Source of the DNA: an uncultured Acidimicrobiaceae bacterium
GTDB taxonomy: Bacteria > Actinomycetota > Acidimicrobiia > Spongiisociales > UBA5794
Length of the DNA: 24,010 nt
Direction: 5' to 3'
Assembly: GCA_964444875.1 (NCBI GenBank)
Contig: CAYUJA010000001.1
Location: 6,743-30,752, forward strand
In this document: positions 8,380 to 16,936 of the stretch, piece by piece
Position numbering within the stretch: the stretch's first letter is position 1
Layout: each line of letters starts with the position of its first letter
Notes under the pieces: model-generated
Seen by the model: the letters and a program-made list of their open reading frames with translations, nothing else
The model's database searches: none
What the model was told of the DNA's origin: nothing
Position numbers and translations under genes: made by a program

Positions 8380-8426
8380 GTGTCTAGCCTAGGGGTAGAC
8401 GCCTGATGAAGTGGGGGACCGACACC

Positions 8427-9380
8427 ATGGGCTGGACGGCAGACGACATACCCGACCTGACGGGAAAGAACGCGGTCGTCACGGGCGGCAATGGCGGGCT
8501 CGGTCTTGCGACCGTTACAGCCCTTGCACGCCACGGTGCGTACGTCATCATGGCTGCACGGAATCAGGTCAAGGCCCATGGAGCCAGGGCGGCGATCTTG
8601 AACGCCAACCCCGATGCGGAGGTCGACATCGTTGACCTCGATCTTGGCTCGCTCCAAGCCATCGAAGCGGCAGCGGCCCAGATGCTGGAGAAGTCCCCGG
8701 CGATCGACATCCTGGTCAACAACGCAGGACTCATGGCGCTCCCCGAAGGCAGGACCGCAGACGGTTTCGAGACGCAGTTCGGTGTCAACCACCTCGGCCA
8801 CTGGGCATTGACCGCACGGCTGTTACCGGGGATCGTCGCTGCACCGGGAGCCAGGGTGGTGACCGTGACAAGCACCGCGCACCACATGGGGAGGTCTGTC
8901 GACCCCCGCAACCCGCATCTCGAGGGCAGCTACGGGCCGTGGAAGGCGTACGGGCAATCGAAGCTCGCCAACTTCCACTTCGCTATCGGGCTTCAACGTG
9001 AGTTCCAGGGGCATCGGATCGATGCGGCGAGCCTTCTCGCGCATCCCGGCCTATCGCACACGAACCTTCAGGTCCACACCGTCGAAGAAGGTGGAGGTGG
9101 GCGATCGGCTCCGTTCTGGGAGTGGTTGGCCGCCACAACGGGCATGGAACCCGACCAGGGTGCCCTGCCTCAACTCCGGGCCGCTACGGACCCCGCCGCA
9201 CGGGGAGGGGAGTTCTACGCTCCGATGTTCGGCACCAACGGAGCGCCGGTGACACGGCCGATCCTGCGTCGCATCGGCCTCGATTCCGCGATCGAGAAAC
9301 TGTGGGCAGTGTCGGAGACAGAGACCGGGATCCGTCTCGACTTCGGTGCAGCTGTCACGGGCCGCAACGGTGGAGACTGA
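8427..9380 (+). CDS. short-chain dehydrogenase/reductase (retinol-dehydrogenase/WWOX-like subfamily)
   Basis: TGGNGGLG NAD(P)-binding motif, NNAG, DGFETQFGVNHLGH, catalytic YGQSK, AHPG. The WTADDIPDLTGK start is typical of this subfamily. Alternative start 8406. Confidence 0.93.
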   Translation: MGWTADDIPDLTGKNAVVTGGNGGLGLATVTALARHGAYVIMAARNQVKAHGARAAILNANPDAEVDIVDLDLGSLQAIEAAAAQMLEKSPAIDILVNNAGLMALPEGRTADGFETQFGVNHLGHWALTARLLPGIVAAPGARVVTVTSTAHHMGRSVDPRNPHLEGSYGPWKAYGQSKLANFHFAIGLQREFQGHRIDAASLLAHPGLSHTNLQVHTVEEGGGGRSAPFWEWLAATTGMEPDQGALPQLRAATDPAARGGEFYAPMFGTNGAPVTRPILRRIGLDSAIEKLWAVSETETGIRLDFGAAVTGRNGGD

Positions 9381-9645
9381 GACCTCACCGCGGCGATTCC
9401 TTGCGGCCATACTGCCGCTGGACAGGCGTACGATCGGCCTCGACATACTCGCCGGAGTGACACTCGCGGCCATTGCCATACCCGAGGTGATGGGTTACAC
9501 ATCGATCGCGCGGATGCCGGTCGTCACCGGGTTGTACACGATCCTCATCCCGCTCTTCGTGTTCGCCGTCCTCGGGTCGACGGGTGCGGTGGTGCGTGCG
9601 TTCAGGAACCAGCGCGACCTTCCCGACGGTTCGGCCACACCATGA
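9370..9645 (+). pseudogene. remnant of a SulP/SLC26 anion transporter gene
   Basis: DILAGVTLAAIAIPEVMGYTSIARMPVVTGLYTILIPLFVFAVLGS is the SulP N-terminal signature, but the ORF is only about 91 aa whereas SulP proteins are typically over 500 aa. Confidence 0.8.
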
Positions 9646-9655
9646 GCGACCTTCG

Positions 9656-10714
9656 TCAGCCTGGTTCGGGCACCGGGTACCGCTCAGCGAGCCGACCCCG
9701 GTACCGCAGCATCGCCCAGAAACCAACGGCACACAGCCCTATCGCCGCGGCCGTGATGACGATCGCTAGAGAGGTGAACGGGACGAGGATGATGGTCGTG
9801 ACCAGTTCGAGGGCGATCAATGACAACAACAGCCCGATGATCATGTCCCTGGTGGCGTACGAAGCCGCCACCGCACCGAGGGGTGCTCCGATGACCACCA
9901 CGGGGATCGCCACCAGCCAGTAGTCGAATGCGATGCCCACATCGCCGACGGCGAACGCCTGGAGCGCAAAGCCGACGACCGAGTTGACCGCCATGATGAT
10001 GACCGTTGTCGGGGTGCTCACCTTCTCGTTGATACCGATGGCCAACGTCAGGACGATGAACGTGGCGATGTCGATACCCGATCCTGTGTTCGCTGCGAAC
10101 GTGCCCCCTGCGACGCCGATCGCTACGTACATCGCCATGGATCCCCGGCCGAACGACGGCATGGACGTGCGGGGTTCCCACTTCAAGCCCCAGCGAGAGA
10201 TCGCCAGCGCGACGCCGAAGACGGCAGCTACGAACGTGAATAGGATCTTGGAATACGGTGCTCCCAGGCTGAGCCAGAACGTACCGATCACCTGACCTGC
10301 GACGCCACCGAGCGATACCCACAGGATGACCCTCGGCAGGATGGGAACACCGCGCACGATGATGACCAGCGCAGCCATCGACATCCCGACAGACTGGATC
10401 ATCAGCCCGAACGTCCTGGCGTCCTGCGGGGGGATGGACAGCACCTTCGTGAAGACGGGGAAGGCGATCGCAGCGCCTCCCTCGGCCGTTGCTCCTGCAA
10501 CGAACGATCCGATCGTCATCGTGACAGATATCGGCCAGAAATCTGCGAAGAGGCCCCATGAGTCCGAAGCGAACATATACGTCGCCCACACGCCATATAC
10601 GATCGCAAGAGCAACCGGATACGCCCACCGTCGGACGGCCCGCAGGGACGTCCCCGCATCGGACGTCGACGATACGAGATCGTCGACTCGCGGCGTCATC
10701 TGGTTCAGTGCCAT
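9656..10714 (-). CDS. TauE/SafE-family (sulfite exporter-like) membrane protein
   Basis: GSFVAGATAEGGAAIAFPV and the repeated GGTFAANTGSGID helix-break motif; many TM segments. AAGGGTGG SD upstream. Confidence 0.85.
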   Translation of the reverse strand: MALNQMTPRVDDLVSSTSDAGTSLRAVRRWAYPVALAIVYGVWATYMFASDSWGLFADFWPISVTMTIGSFVAGATAEGGAAIAFPVFTKVLSIPPQDARTFGLMIQSVGMSMAALVIIVRGVPILPRVILWVSLGGVAGQVIGTFWLSLGAPYSKILFTFVAAVFGVALAISRWGLKWEPRTSMPSFGRGSMAMYVAIGVAGGTFAANTGSGIDIATFIVLTLAIGINEKVSTPTTVIIMAVNSVVGFALQAFAVGDVGIAFDYWLVAIPVVVIGAPLGAVAASYATRDMIIGLLLSLIALELVTTIILVPFTSLAIVITAAAIGLCAVGFWAMLRYRGRLAERYPVPEPG

Positions 10715-10842
10715 TCTTCCACCCTTGTTCCACCCCGGCCCCGTGTCGGCCAGACATCGTCCCTCAACGAGTATGGACCATGACGGCGGGGCCGTACATG
10801 GGGTATCAGCGTCACACAGGTGAGGTATCGGCCCCGAAGCAT

Positions 10843-10887
10843 CGTCGGATGCCAGCCGGGTCAGATGGACCCGGTCGGCATCCGACG
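10843..10887 (-). terminator. long hairpin downstream of the S8 protease gene, probable terminator
   Basis: cgtcggatgcc-ag-ccgggtc / agatg loop / gacccgg-tc-ggcatccgacg: 18 Watson-Crick pairs, 32 nt past the stop. No U-tract. Confidence 0.7.
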
Positions 10888-10919
10888 TATCTCACGACGT
10901 GCGTGACGGTGTATTTCAG

Positions 10920-13721
10920 CTAGGGCCGCACGACGGTGATGGTTGTGCCGTCGCTGTCGCCGTCAGGGTCGGTGTTGGCTCCTGGATCGTATGCGAGCGA
11001 TCCATGGGTGATGTTGTTGACGGTGAAGGTCGTTGTCCTCTTTCTGAGGCCTCCGAGTTCGATCGAGCACGTCCCGTCGGCAACGGTCGTGCACGTTGCG
11101 GTCGTTCCGCCCTTCCAGACGCCCTCTATGTACGCGTCGGCAACGACGGTGCCTCCGTCATCGACCACAGAGACCGTCACGATGGCCATCCAGGGCCTGC
11201 CCATCGACACGCTAACTGCGTCGAGGTCAGACACGTGCATCGTCGAGGCACCGCCTGGTGCGGTTACGGTGACAGGTGCCGAGGTGGTACCGGTTGCGCC
11301 CTGGTCGTCTGTGACCGTGAGGCTGACCGTGTAGGTACCGCCAGCCGTATAGCTGTTGGCAGGGTTCTGGACGGTGCTGGTCGTGCCATCACCGAAATCC
11401 CAATCCCACGCAACGACGCTCCCGTCACTATCGCTCGACGTGTCGCTGAACGTGCAGTCGAGATCGGTACACGACGACGTGAACGCCGCCGTCGGAGCAA
11501 CGTTCCCGCCTCCGGACCCACCGCCGTCGACCACGAGTCCGTACGGTTGGGGGCCGAACGGGACGTTGAATCCGGTGACGGTGACCGTCCAGGTGCCCTG
11601 CGCAGCGGAGGAAACGTAAACGTTCTCCACGTTGTTCACACGATCTGGTGACCCACCCGGTGTTGACCATCCGTTCGCGAACACGTTCCCGGAGTACACC
11701 GTTCCATCGGGTGCCTCGACCGTGAGATCGAGGTCGTTGACCAGATTGACCGCCGCTGCCTCCGTGGAGGGGTAGTCGCTCCACACGAGGGACACCTTGA
11801 ATGTGGTCCCACCGCTGGCGGTGAAGGTATAGGCATTGTTCGAAGCCGTCGTGAGGCCTGTGACCTCATCGACGAACTCGGCCGAGCCGTCAACGGCGTT
11901 CGCGAGGTCGATACGGCCCCAGCCTTCCTGGTTGTTCGGGATCGGGAAGTCGTTGTCATCCACACCGTCGTTGTTCTCGTCGAGCAGATCGACTGCGGAG
12001 TTGATCAGCGTCGCTTTCGTCAGAGCCGCGCTGGCGTCGAGACCGTGGGCCTTCGTGTAGTAGTCCCGTACCACCGCTGCTGCGCCGGCCGCGAGCGGGT
12101 TGCTCATCGACGTCCCACCCATGTACTTGTACTGCTCGCTGACGGGGAATCCCCAACCGTCGTACTGGAAAGCGCCGTTCTGCGGGTTCGCCGCCCCGTC
12201 ATACCCTTCCTGGTACAGATCGGAGTAGCCAGACACCACCCATGTGCCTGGTGCGACGACGTCGGGTTTGATCCTGCCGTCGTCTGTCGGGCCACGACTC
12301 GAGAACGCAGCCATCTGCTCTGCGTTCCCTGCGCTCGGATCGTTGGCGATGGGGCCTGCGGGATAGTCCGCCGGCCATGCTGCGCCATAGGTGAAAATGT
12401 CGTTCTGCCCGGTGCAGCCGTTCCCGATGCCGGAGTCACACGCCCAGTCGCCCTGGCGGTCGTTCTCGCTCGCACCGACGGTGAGCGTGTTCTTCGCCGT
12501 TGCCGGTGAACCCATGGAATCGTCGTCGACGAAACCGTTCGCATCAGCGTCTACCCCGGAGTTTCCGGCAGACGTCGTCATCAGGAAGTCCTGATTGAGC
12601 CACATGAAATCGTCGACCTGGGCTGCGTCGAGCGTGTAGGCGCCGGCTGCCTCGCTTCCCCACGAATCCGAGTGGATACGGGCACCGGCATCGTATGCCT
12701 GCTGGAGCAGGTCACCGAGGTCATCGGGGAGGCCGAGCAGGTAGTAGCCGTCGGGAGTGCCGCTGCAGGCACCCCTGAAGTCGGCGTAGTCCTCGGTCGA
12801 CTGGAACACGAGGCTCGCACCTGGCGCCGTGCCCCTGCCGATACCGGAAGCATCTCCATCTCCGAGGACGGACAAGGATGTGTGTGTCCCATGGCCGGAG
12901 TCGACATCGACAGCGCCGTCGGGAAACACGCGGTAGCAGCCGCGGACCGTCACGCCTGGCCAATCGTAGATGGCAACGATGCGCGAGGCAGGGATGTCTG
13001 GATGGGCTGTTGCGGCCGTTCCGCCCCCGAGCCCGGTGTCTGCGACGGCGACGATCTGTGTCGAGCCGTCATAACCAGAGTTGTTGGCGACGTTCGCCCC
13101 GAGGATGATGCCTGCACCGTACTCGTTGTGCTTTTCCCTGAACATCAGGTTCTCGACCCATGCAACGGCGGTGAGTTCGGTCACGGCGTCGAGCTGTGCT
13201 CTGTCGGCTGTAACCGTGAGCACGTCCCCCGACCCGCTTACGACCGTGCCTCCTGCCGCCTCGATGTCGGCTCGAACGACGGCGGTGTTCACGCCTCGTT
13301 CGAGACGTACGCTGTAGAGACCGGATTCCTGTAGATCCGGACTCAGCTTGTAGTCGGGTTGGAACACGGCAACGGACGTGACACCGTCGACATCCACCAT
13401 GCGTGCGGCCTGTGCGGGAGTCAGGATCGCCTTGTAGGCGAAATCGGGGATGTACGCCACCAGTTCGGCGCCGGCGGCGCGCAGTGCGTCTGTCGAGCGT
13501 TGGGCGATCGGGCCGGAGAACGCGATGAGGTAACTCGCTCGGCCATTGCGGTCCACGCGCACCTCGGCCTGGCGGTCGGTGTCTCGTTGCACATCACCCG
13601 TGCGGAGCCGGATCTGGGGATCGGTCGCAGCGTTGGTTGTCTGTGCAAGCGCCGGGATCGTCAATGTGCTGAAAACCAGTACAAGTACGAGCGCGAGCCG
13701 AACGAATCTCCGTGTCCCCAT
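10920..13721 (-). CDS. secreted S8 serine protease (KP-43-like) with propeptide, beta-barrel, PKD domain and extra C-terminal domain
   Basis: Triad VAVADTG, HGTH, GTSMSNP. FSSRGPTDDGRIKPDVVAPG; DLDL...NNVENV barrel; PKD WDWDFGDG. GGGAGG SD precedes ATG 13721, followed by a signal peptide; 933 aa. Confidence 0.95.
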   Translation of the reverse strand: MGTRRFVRLALVLVLVFSTLTIPALAQTTNAATDPQIRLRTGDVQRDTDRQAEVRVDRNGRASYLIAFSGPIAQRSTDALRAAGAELVAYIPDFAYKAILTPAQAARMVDVDGVTSVAVFQPDYKLSPDLQESGLYSVRLERGVNTAVVRADIEAAGGTVVSGSGDVLTVTADRAQLDAVTELTAVAWVENLMFREKHNEYGAGIILGANVANNSGYDGSTQIVAVADTGLGGGTAATAHPDIPASRIVAIYDWPGVTVRGCYRVFPDGAVDVDSGHGTHTSLSVLGDGDASGIGRGTAPGASLVFQSTEDYADFRGACSGTPDGYYLLGLPDDLGDLLQQAYDAGARIHSDSWGSEAAGAYTLDAAQVDDFMWLNQDFLMTTSAGNSGVDADANGFVDDDSMGSPATAKNTLTVGASENDRQGDWACDSGIGNGCTGQNDIFTYGAAWPADYPAGPIANDPSAGNAEQMAAFSSRGPTDDGRIKPDVVAPGTWVVSGYSDLYQEGYDGAANPQNGAFQYDGWGFPVSEQYKYMGGTSMSNPLAAGAAAVVRDYYTKAHGLDASAALTKATLINSAVDLLDENNDGVDDNDFPIPNNQEGWGRIDLANAVDGSAEFVDEVTGLTTASNNAYTFTASGGTTFKVSLVWSDYPSTEAAAVNLVNDLDLTVEAPDGTVYSGNVFANGWSTPGGSPDRVNNVENVYVSSAAQGTWTVTVTGFNVPFGPQPYGLVVDGGGSGGGNVAPTAAFTSSCTDLDCTFSDTSSDSDGSVVAWDWDFGDGTTSTVQNPANSYTAGGTYTVSLTVTDDQGATGTTSAPVTVTAPGGASTMHVSDLDAVSVSMGRPWMAIVTVSVVDDGGTVVADAYIEGVWKGGTTATCTTVADGTCSIELGGLRKRTTTFTVNNITHGSLAYDPGANTDPDGDSDGTTITVVRP

Positions 13722-13923
13722 GAATCCTCCCTTGTGTGTGCAGCCTCGCTGCATCCTTCGTGTGAAACCATAGTTGATGAGGGAGGGGATGGGAACATGC
13801 GCCGCTGACCTGTCATCTCGCGAGTGAGGATCGCCGGGATGTGAACATGGATGGGTGACGATACGTCGTGTACCGTTAGCATCCCGTGTCACACCGCACG
13901 GCCATCGATTCCCGGACAGCATC

Positions 13924-15270
13924 ATGACATGGACACCCGACAGCTGGCGCTCGAAACCGGCTCTCCAGCAGCCGACCTATCCAGACGAGAACGCCCTGGC
14001 GTCCGTCGAGAAGGAGATCGCCGACTCACCGCCACTCGTGTTCGCTGGTGAGGCGAGGCGCTTGCGTACACAACTTGGTCAGGTTGCACGGGGCGAAGCG
14101 TTCCTCCTTCAGGGAGGCGACTGTGCCGAATCCTTCGCTGAGTTCCACGTCGACACGATCCGCGACACGTTCAAGGTCATGCTCCAGATGTCGGTTGTGC
14201 TCACCTACGGTGCAGCGCTTCCTGTCGTCAAGGTCGGTCGTATGGCTGGCCAGTTCGCCAAACCACGTTCCACTGATTTCGAAACCAAGGGCGACGTCTC
14301 GCTCCCCAGCTATCGAGGGGACATCGTCAACGGCATCGCCTTCGATCGGGAGACGCGCGTTCCCGACCCCCAGCGGTTGATCAAGGCCTACCATCAGTCT
14401 GCGCTGACACTGAACCTGCTGCGTGCTTTCGCCCAGGGCGGTATGGCGAACCTCGAACAGGTCCACAAGTGGAACCTCGAGTTCATCCAGGACACGGACC
14501 AGCACTCCCGGTACGAGCGTCTGGCATCTCAAATCGATGAGACGGTCGCGTTCATGCGGGCCATAGGCCTGACACCCGAAACGACACGGCAGTTGCGTGA
14601 AACAGACTTCTACACCAGCCATGAAGCGCTGCTGCCAGGGTTCGAGCAAGCCCTGATCCGAAACGACAGCCTCACCGGGGATTGGTACGCGTGCTCGGCA
14701 CACATGCTGTGGATCGGAGATCGAACCAGGCAAGTAGACGGCGCACACGTCGAGTTGTTGCGTGGCGTCGGGAATCCGATCGGCCTCAAGTGCGGACCGT
14801 CGATGACACGAGACGACTTGCTCGGACTGATCTCCGTTTTGAACCCGGAGAACGATCCAGGGCGTCTCACACTCATCACCAGGCACGGTGCCGACCATGT
14901 CGAGGAGTATCTGCCAGGCCTGATCGAGACCGTTGAGAGCGAGGGAGCGAGCGTCGTATGGTCGTGTGACCCGATGCACGGGAACACGATCGTTTCGTCC
15001 TCCGGGTACAAGACGCGCCCCTATGACCGCGTCGCTTCTGAACTCCAGCAGTTCTTCGAGATTCACCGTTCCTATGGCACACACCCCGGTGGTGTCCACT
15101 TCGAGATGACGGGCAAGAACGTGACCGAGTGCACCGGCGGGGCGATGAAGGTGGCAGAGGAGAACCTAGCCGACAGGTACCACACGCACTGCGACCCGAG
15201 GCTCAACGCAGGCCAGGCGTTGGAACTCGCCTTCGACATCGCAGACCAGTTGAAGATCGCACGGGCCTGA
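13924..15270 (+). CDS. 3-deoxy-7-phosphoheptulonate (DAHP) synthase, class II
   Basis: [49 protein letters not shown]. Start trimmed to MTWTPDSW. Confidence 0.96.
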   Translation: MTWTPDSWRSKPALQQPTYPDENALASVEKEIADSPPLVFAGEARRLRTQLGQVARGEAFLLQGGDCAESFAEFHVDTIRDTFKVMLQMSVVLTYGAALPVVKVGRMAGQFAKPRSTDFETKGDVSLPSYRGDIVNGIAFDRETRVPDPQRLIKAYHQSALTLNLLRAFAQGGMANLEQVHKWNLEFIQDTDQHSRYERLASQIDETVAFMRAIGLTPETTRQLRETDFYTSHEALLPGFEQALIRNDSLTGDWYACSAHMLWIGDRTRQVDGAHVELLRGVGNPIGLKCGPSMTRDDLLGLISVLNPENDPGRLTLITRHGADHVEEYLPGLIETVESEGASVVWSCDPMHGNTIVSSSGYKTRPYDRVASELQQFFEIHRSYGTHPGGVHFEMTGKNVTECTGGAMKVAEENLADRYHTHCDPRLNAGQALELAFDIADQLKIARA

Positions 15271-15279
15271 CGGCCGGAC

Positions 15280-16164
15280 ATGATCGGCCACCGTCTGCAC
15301 ATCGGCGTTGAACTCGGAGGTACGAAGGTCGTCGTTGCCGGGAGTTATGGTGGCCCAGACCTCGTCGATCGTCGCAGGATCGTCACGAGGGATGCTGTGA
15401 CGACGTTCGACGACATCCGACAGGCGATATCCGACATCGCAGGGACCCGTGAGCCAGAGGGAATCGGTGTCGCGTCCTTCGGGCCTATCGATCTGCGGAC
15501 CGGTGGATCGTCCTACGGCAGGCTGCTGCCTACGCCGAAACCCGGCTGGTCCGGGGTGGACGTTCTCGCAGGGATCTCCGCCGCGTCCAGGGTGCCGGTA
15601 GCTCTCGATACCGACGTGAACGCGGCCGTGCTCGCGGAGCACACCTGGGGTTCGGGGACGGCGGACCATGTTGCCTACATCACCGTGGGGACGGGTATCG
15701 GTGGCGGCATCTGGTCCGGAGGCCGGGTTCTCCATGGGATGAATCACCCCGAGATCGGACACCTGCGCGTGCCACGACATCCCGATGACCCGTTCGACGG
15801 TTCGTGCCCGTTCCACGGCGACTGTCTCGAAGGTATGGCCTCGGGTACGGCCCTCGAACAACGATGGGGCGTCGCCGCTGAAGATCTGGGTGAGACTGCG
15901 GGACCTGCGCTGGAACTCGAGGCCTGGTATCTCGCACACGGGATCGCGGTTCTCTGTGCTGTGATCCCCGTCGAGCAGGTCATCATCGGTGGGGGAGTTG
16001 CCAAAATGACCGGCCTCCACGCAGCCGTAGCCGACGGATTGGTGTCAGCCTCGGGGAAGTATCCGGCCGTGCCGTTCGCCGACGGAGGCCCTGAGATATC
16101 GTCGCCCGGACTCGGCGACGACGCTGGTGTTGTCGGTGCTATCGAGTTGGCGCGGGGCCTCTGA
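15280..16164 (+). CDS. ROK-family sugar kinase, fructokinase-like
   Basis: VELGGTK, GVASFGP, DTDVNAA, YITVGTGIGGG, HPEIGH, Zn-binding CPFHGDCLEGMASG. Starts 9 nt after the DAHP synthase stop. Confidence 0.9.
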   Translation: MIGHRLHIGVELGGTKVVVAGSYGGPDLVDRRRIVTRDAVTTFDDIRQAISDIAGTREPEGIGVASFGPIDLRTGGSSYGRLLPTPKPGWSGVDVLAGISAASRVPVALDTDVNAAVLAEHTWGSGTADHVAYITVGTGIGGGIWSGGRVLHGMNHPEIGHLRVPRHPDDPFDGSCPFHGDCLEGMASGTALEQRWGVAAEDLGETAGPALELEAWYLAHGIAVLCAVIPVEQVIIGGGVAKMTGLHAAVADGLVSASGKYPAVPFADGGPEISSPGLGDDAGVVGAIELARGL

Positions 16165-16167
16165 GCA

Positions 16168-16893
16168 TCAGAACAAGACGGGCAGTGTTGTGAGGATGAC
16201 TATCCCTGAAACGAGGACGACCCCTCCAAACCCGAGCATGAGATACCGGTTCCGAGCCGTTGCCATCTTCGAACTCACACCGCCGAAGAACAGCACCGAA
16301 GCGAACAGGACCATCGTCAACACATAGTTGTCCCCGTTCTGGTTGGCGTCACGGGCTGCCTGTGCCTTTTCATCGGCGAAGTTGGCGAGGTCCGTCGCTT
16401 CGATGCTCTTGGCCACGACGTACTCCTCCATAATAAAGGGTGTCTTGGGCGCGTCCGGGTTGTTCGCTGGATCGGTGGCGATCCACGCGTCCACAGCGGG
16501 GATGAATTCGTCACGGAAGCGGTTGGCGATGAAACCCGAAACTGTGCCGGGGACGGGTTGCAGGTCACCCACGCTGAGCGGCGGCAAAAGTCCATCCCTC
16601 GACTCCTCAACGAGTGCTGTCACCCAGTCGAGGTACATAGCGACGTCGATCTGGGTCAGTTGGCCGGCGAGAGTGTCCGCCCGTGTTGACTCGGTGCGTG
16701 CTGCACCGGCTTCCGAGAAGTTGATCGCCTGGGTGCCGCCCCACTTCCCTGCCTGGAATGCGGACCAGGCGGTCAGGATCGTGGCGATGGCGATGGCGAT
16801 GGTCGCAATGAGTTCGACCCTGTCTGACGTGTCGAACATCCCCTTAGGGTTGTCGCGCTCGATTTCGTCTACAGGGGCATCGTTGTCAGTCAT
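16168..16893 (-). CDS. hypothetical membrane protein (three TM helices, large soluble loop; possibly DUF4337-like)
   Basis: One N-terminal and two C-terminal hydrophobic helices. TAGCCT -10 (16901-16906) lies 7 nt before ATG. Confidence 0.75.
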   Translation of the reverse strand: MTDNDAPVDEIERDNPKGMFDTSDRVELIATIAIAIATILTAWSAFQAGKWGGTQAINFSEAGAARTESTRADTLAGQLTQIDVAMYLDWVTALVEESRDGLLPPLSVGDLQPVPGTVSGFIANRFRDEFIPAVDAWIATDPANNPDAPKTPFIMEEYVVAKSIEATDLANFADEKAQAARDANQNGDNYVLTMVLFASVLFFGGVSSKMATARNRYLMLGFGGVVLVSGIVILTTLPVLF

Positions 16894-16936
16894 GGCGTGC
16901 AGGCTACCCCGATGTCAACGCCATCAAGTCGCCGTG

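Noticed and set aside
8225-13900. Integrative element with attL/attR at tRNA-Val
   Set aside because: No integrase. The only echo of the tRNA 3' end I noticed is an 8-nt match (tcgcccac near 10582) inside a CDS, which is chance level.
13722-13925. Overlapping 5' extensions of the S8 protease and DAHP synthase ORFs
   Set aside because: A strong SD plus signal peptide at 13721 and the family-typical start at 13924 make this a normal divergent intergenic region.
9684-15099. Other long alternative-frame ORFs (9684-10757, 10899-11651, 14026-15099)
   Set aside because: They lie wholly over well-supported genes in another frame or strand and show no motifs.
13924-16164. Aminoshikimate/AHBA pathway (RifH-like synthase plus RifN-like ROK kinase)
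   Set aside because: The kinase has fructokinase-type motifs (SFGP, CPFHGDCLEG). No AHBA synthase, oxidoreductase, phosphatase, dehydroquinate enzymes or PKS genes are present.
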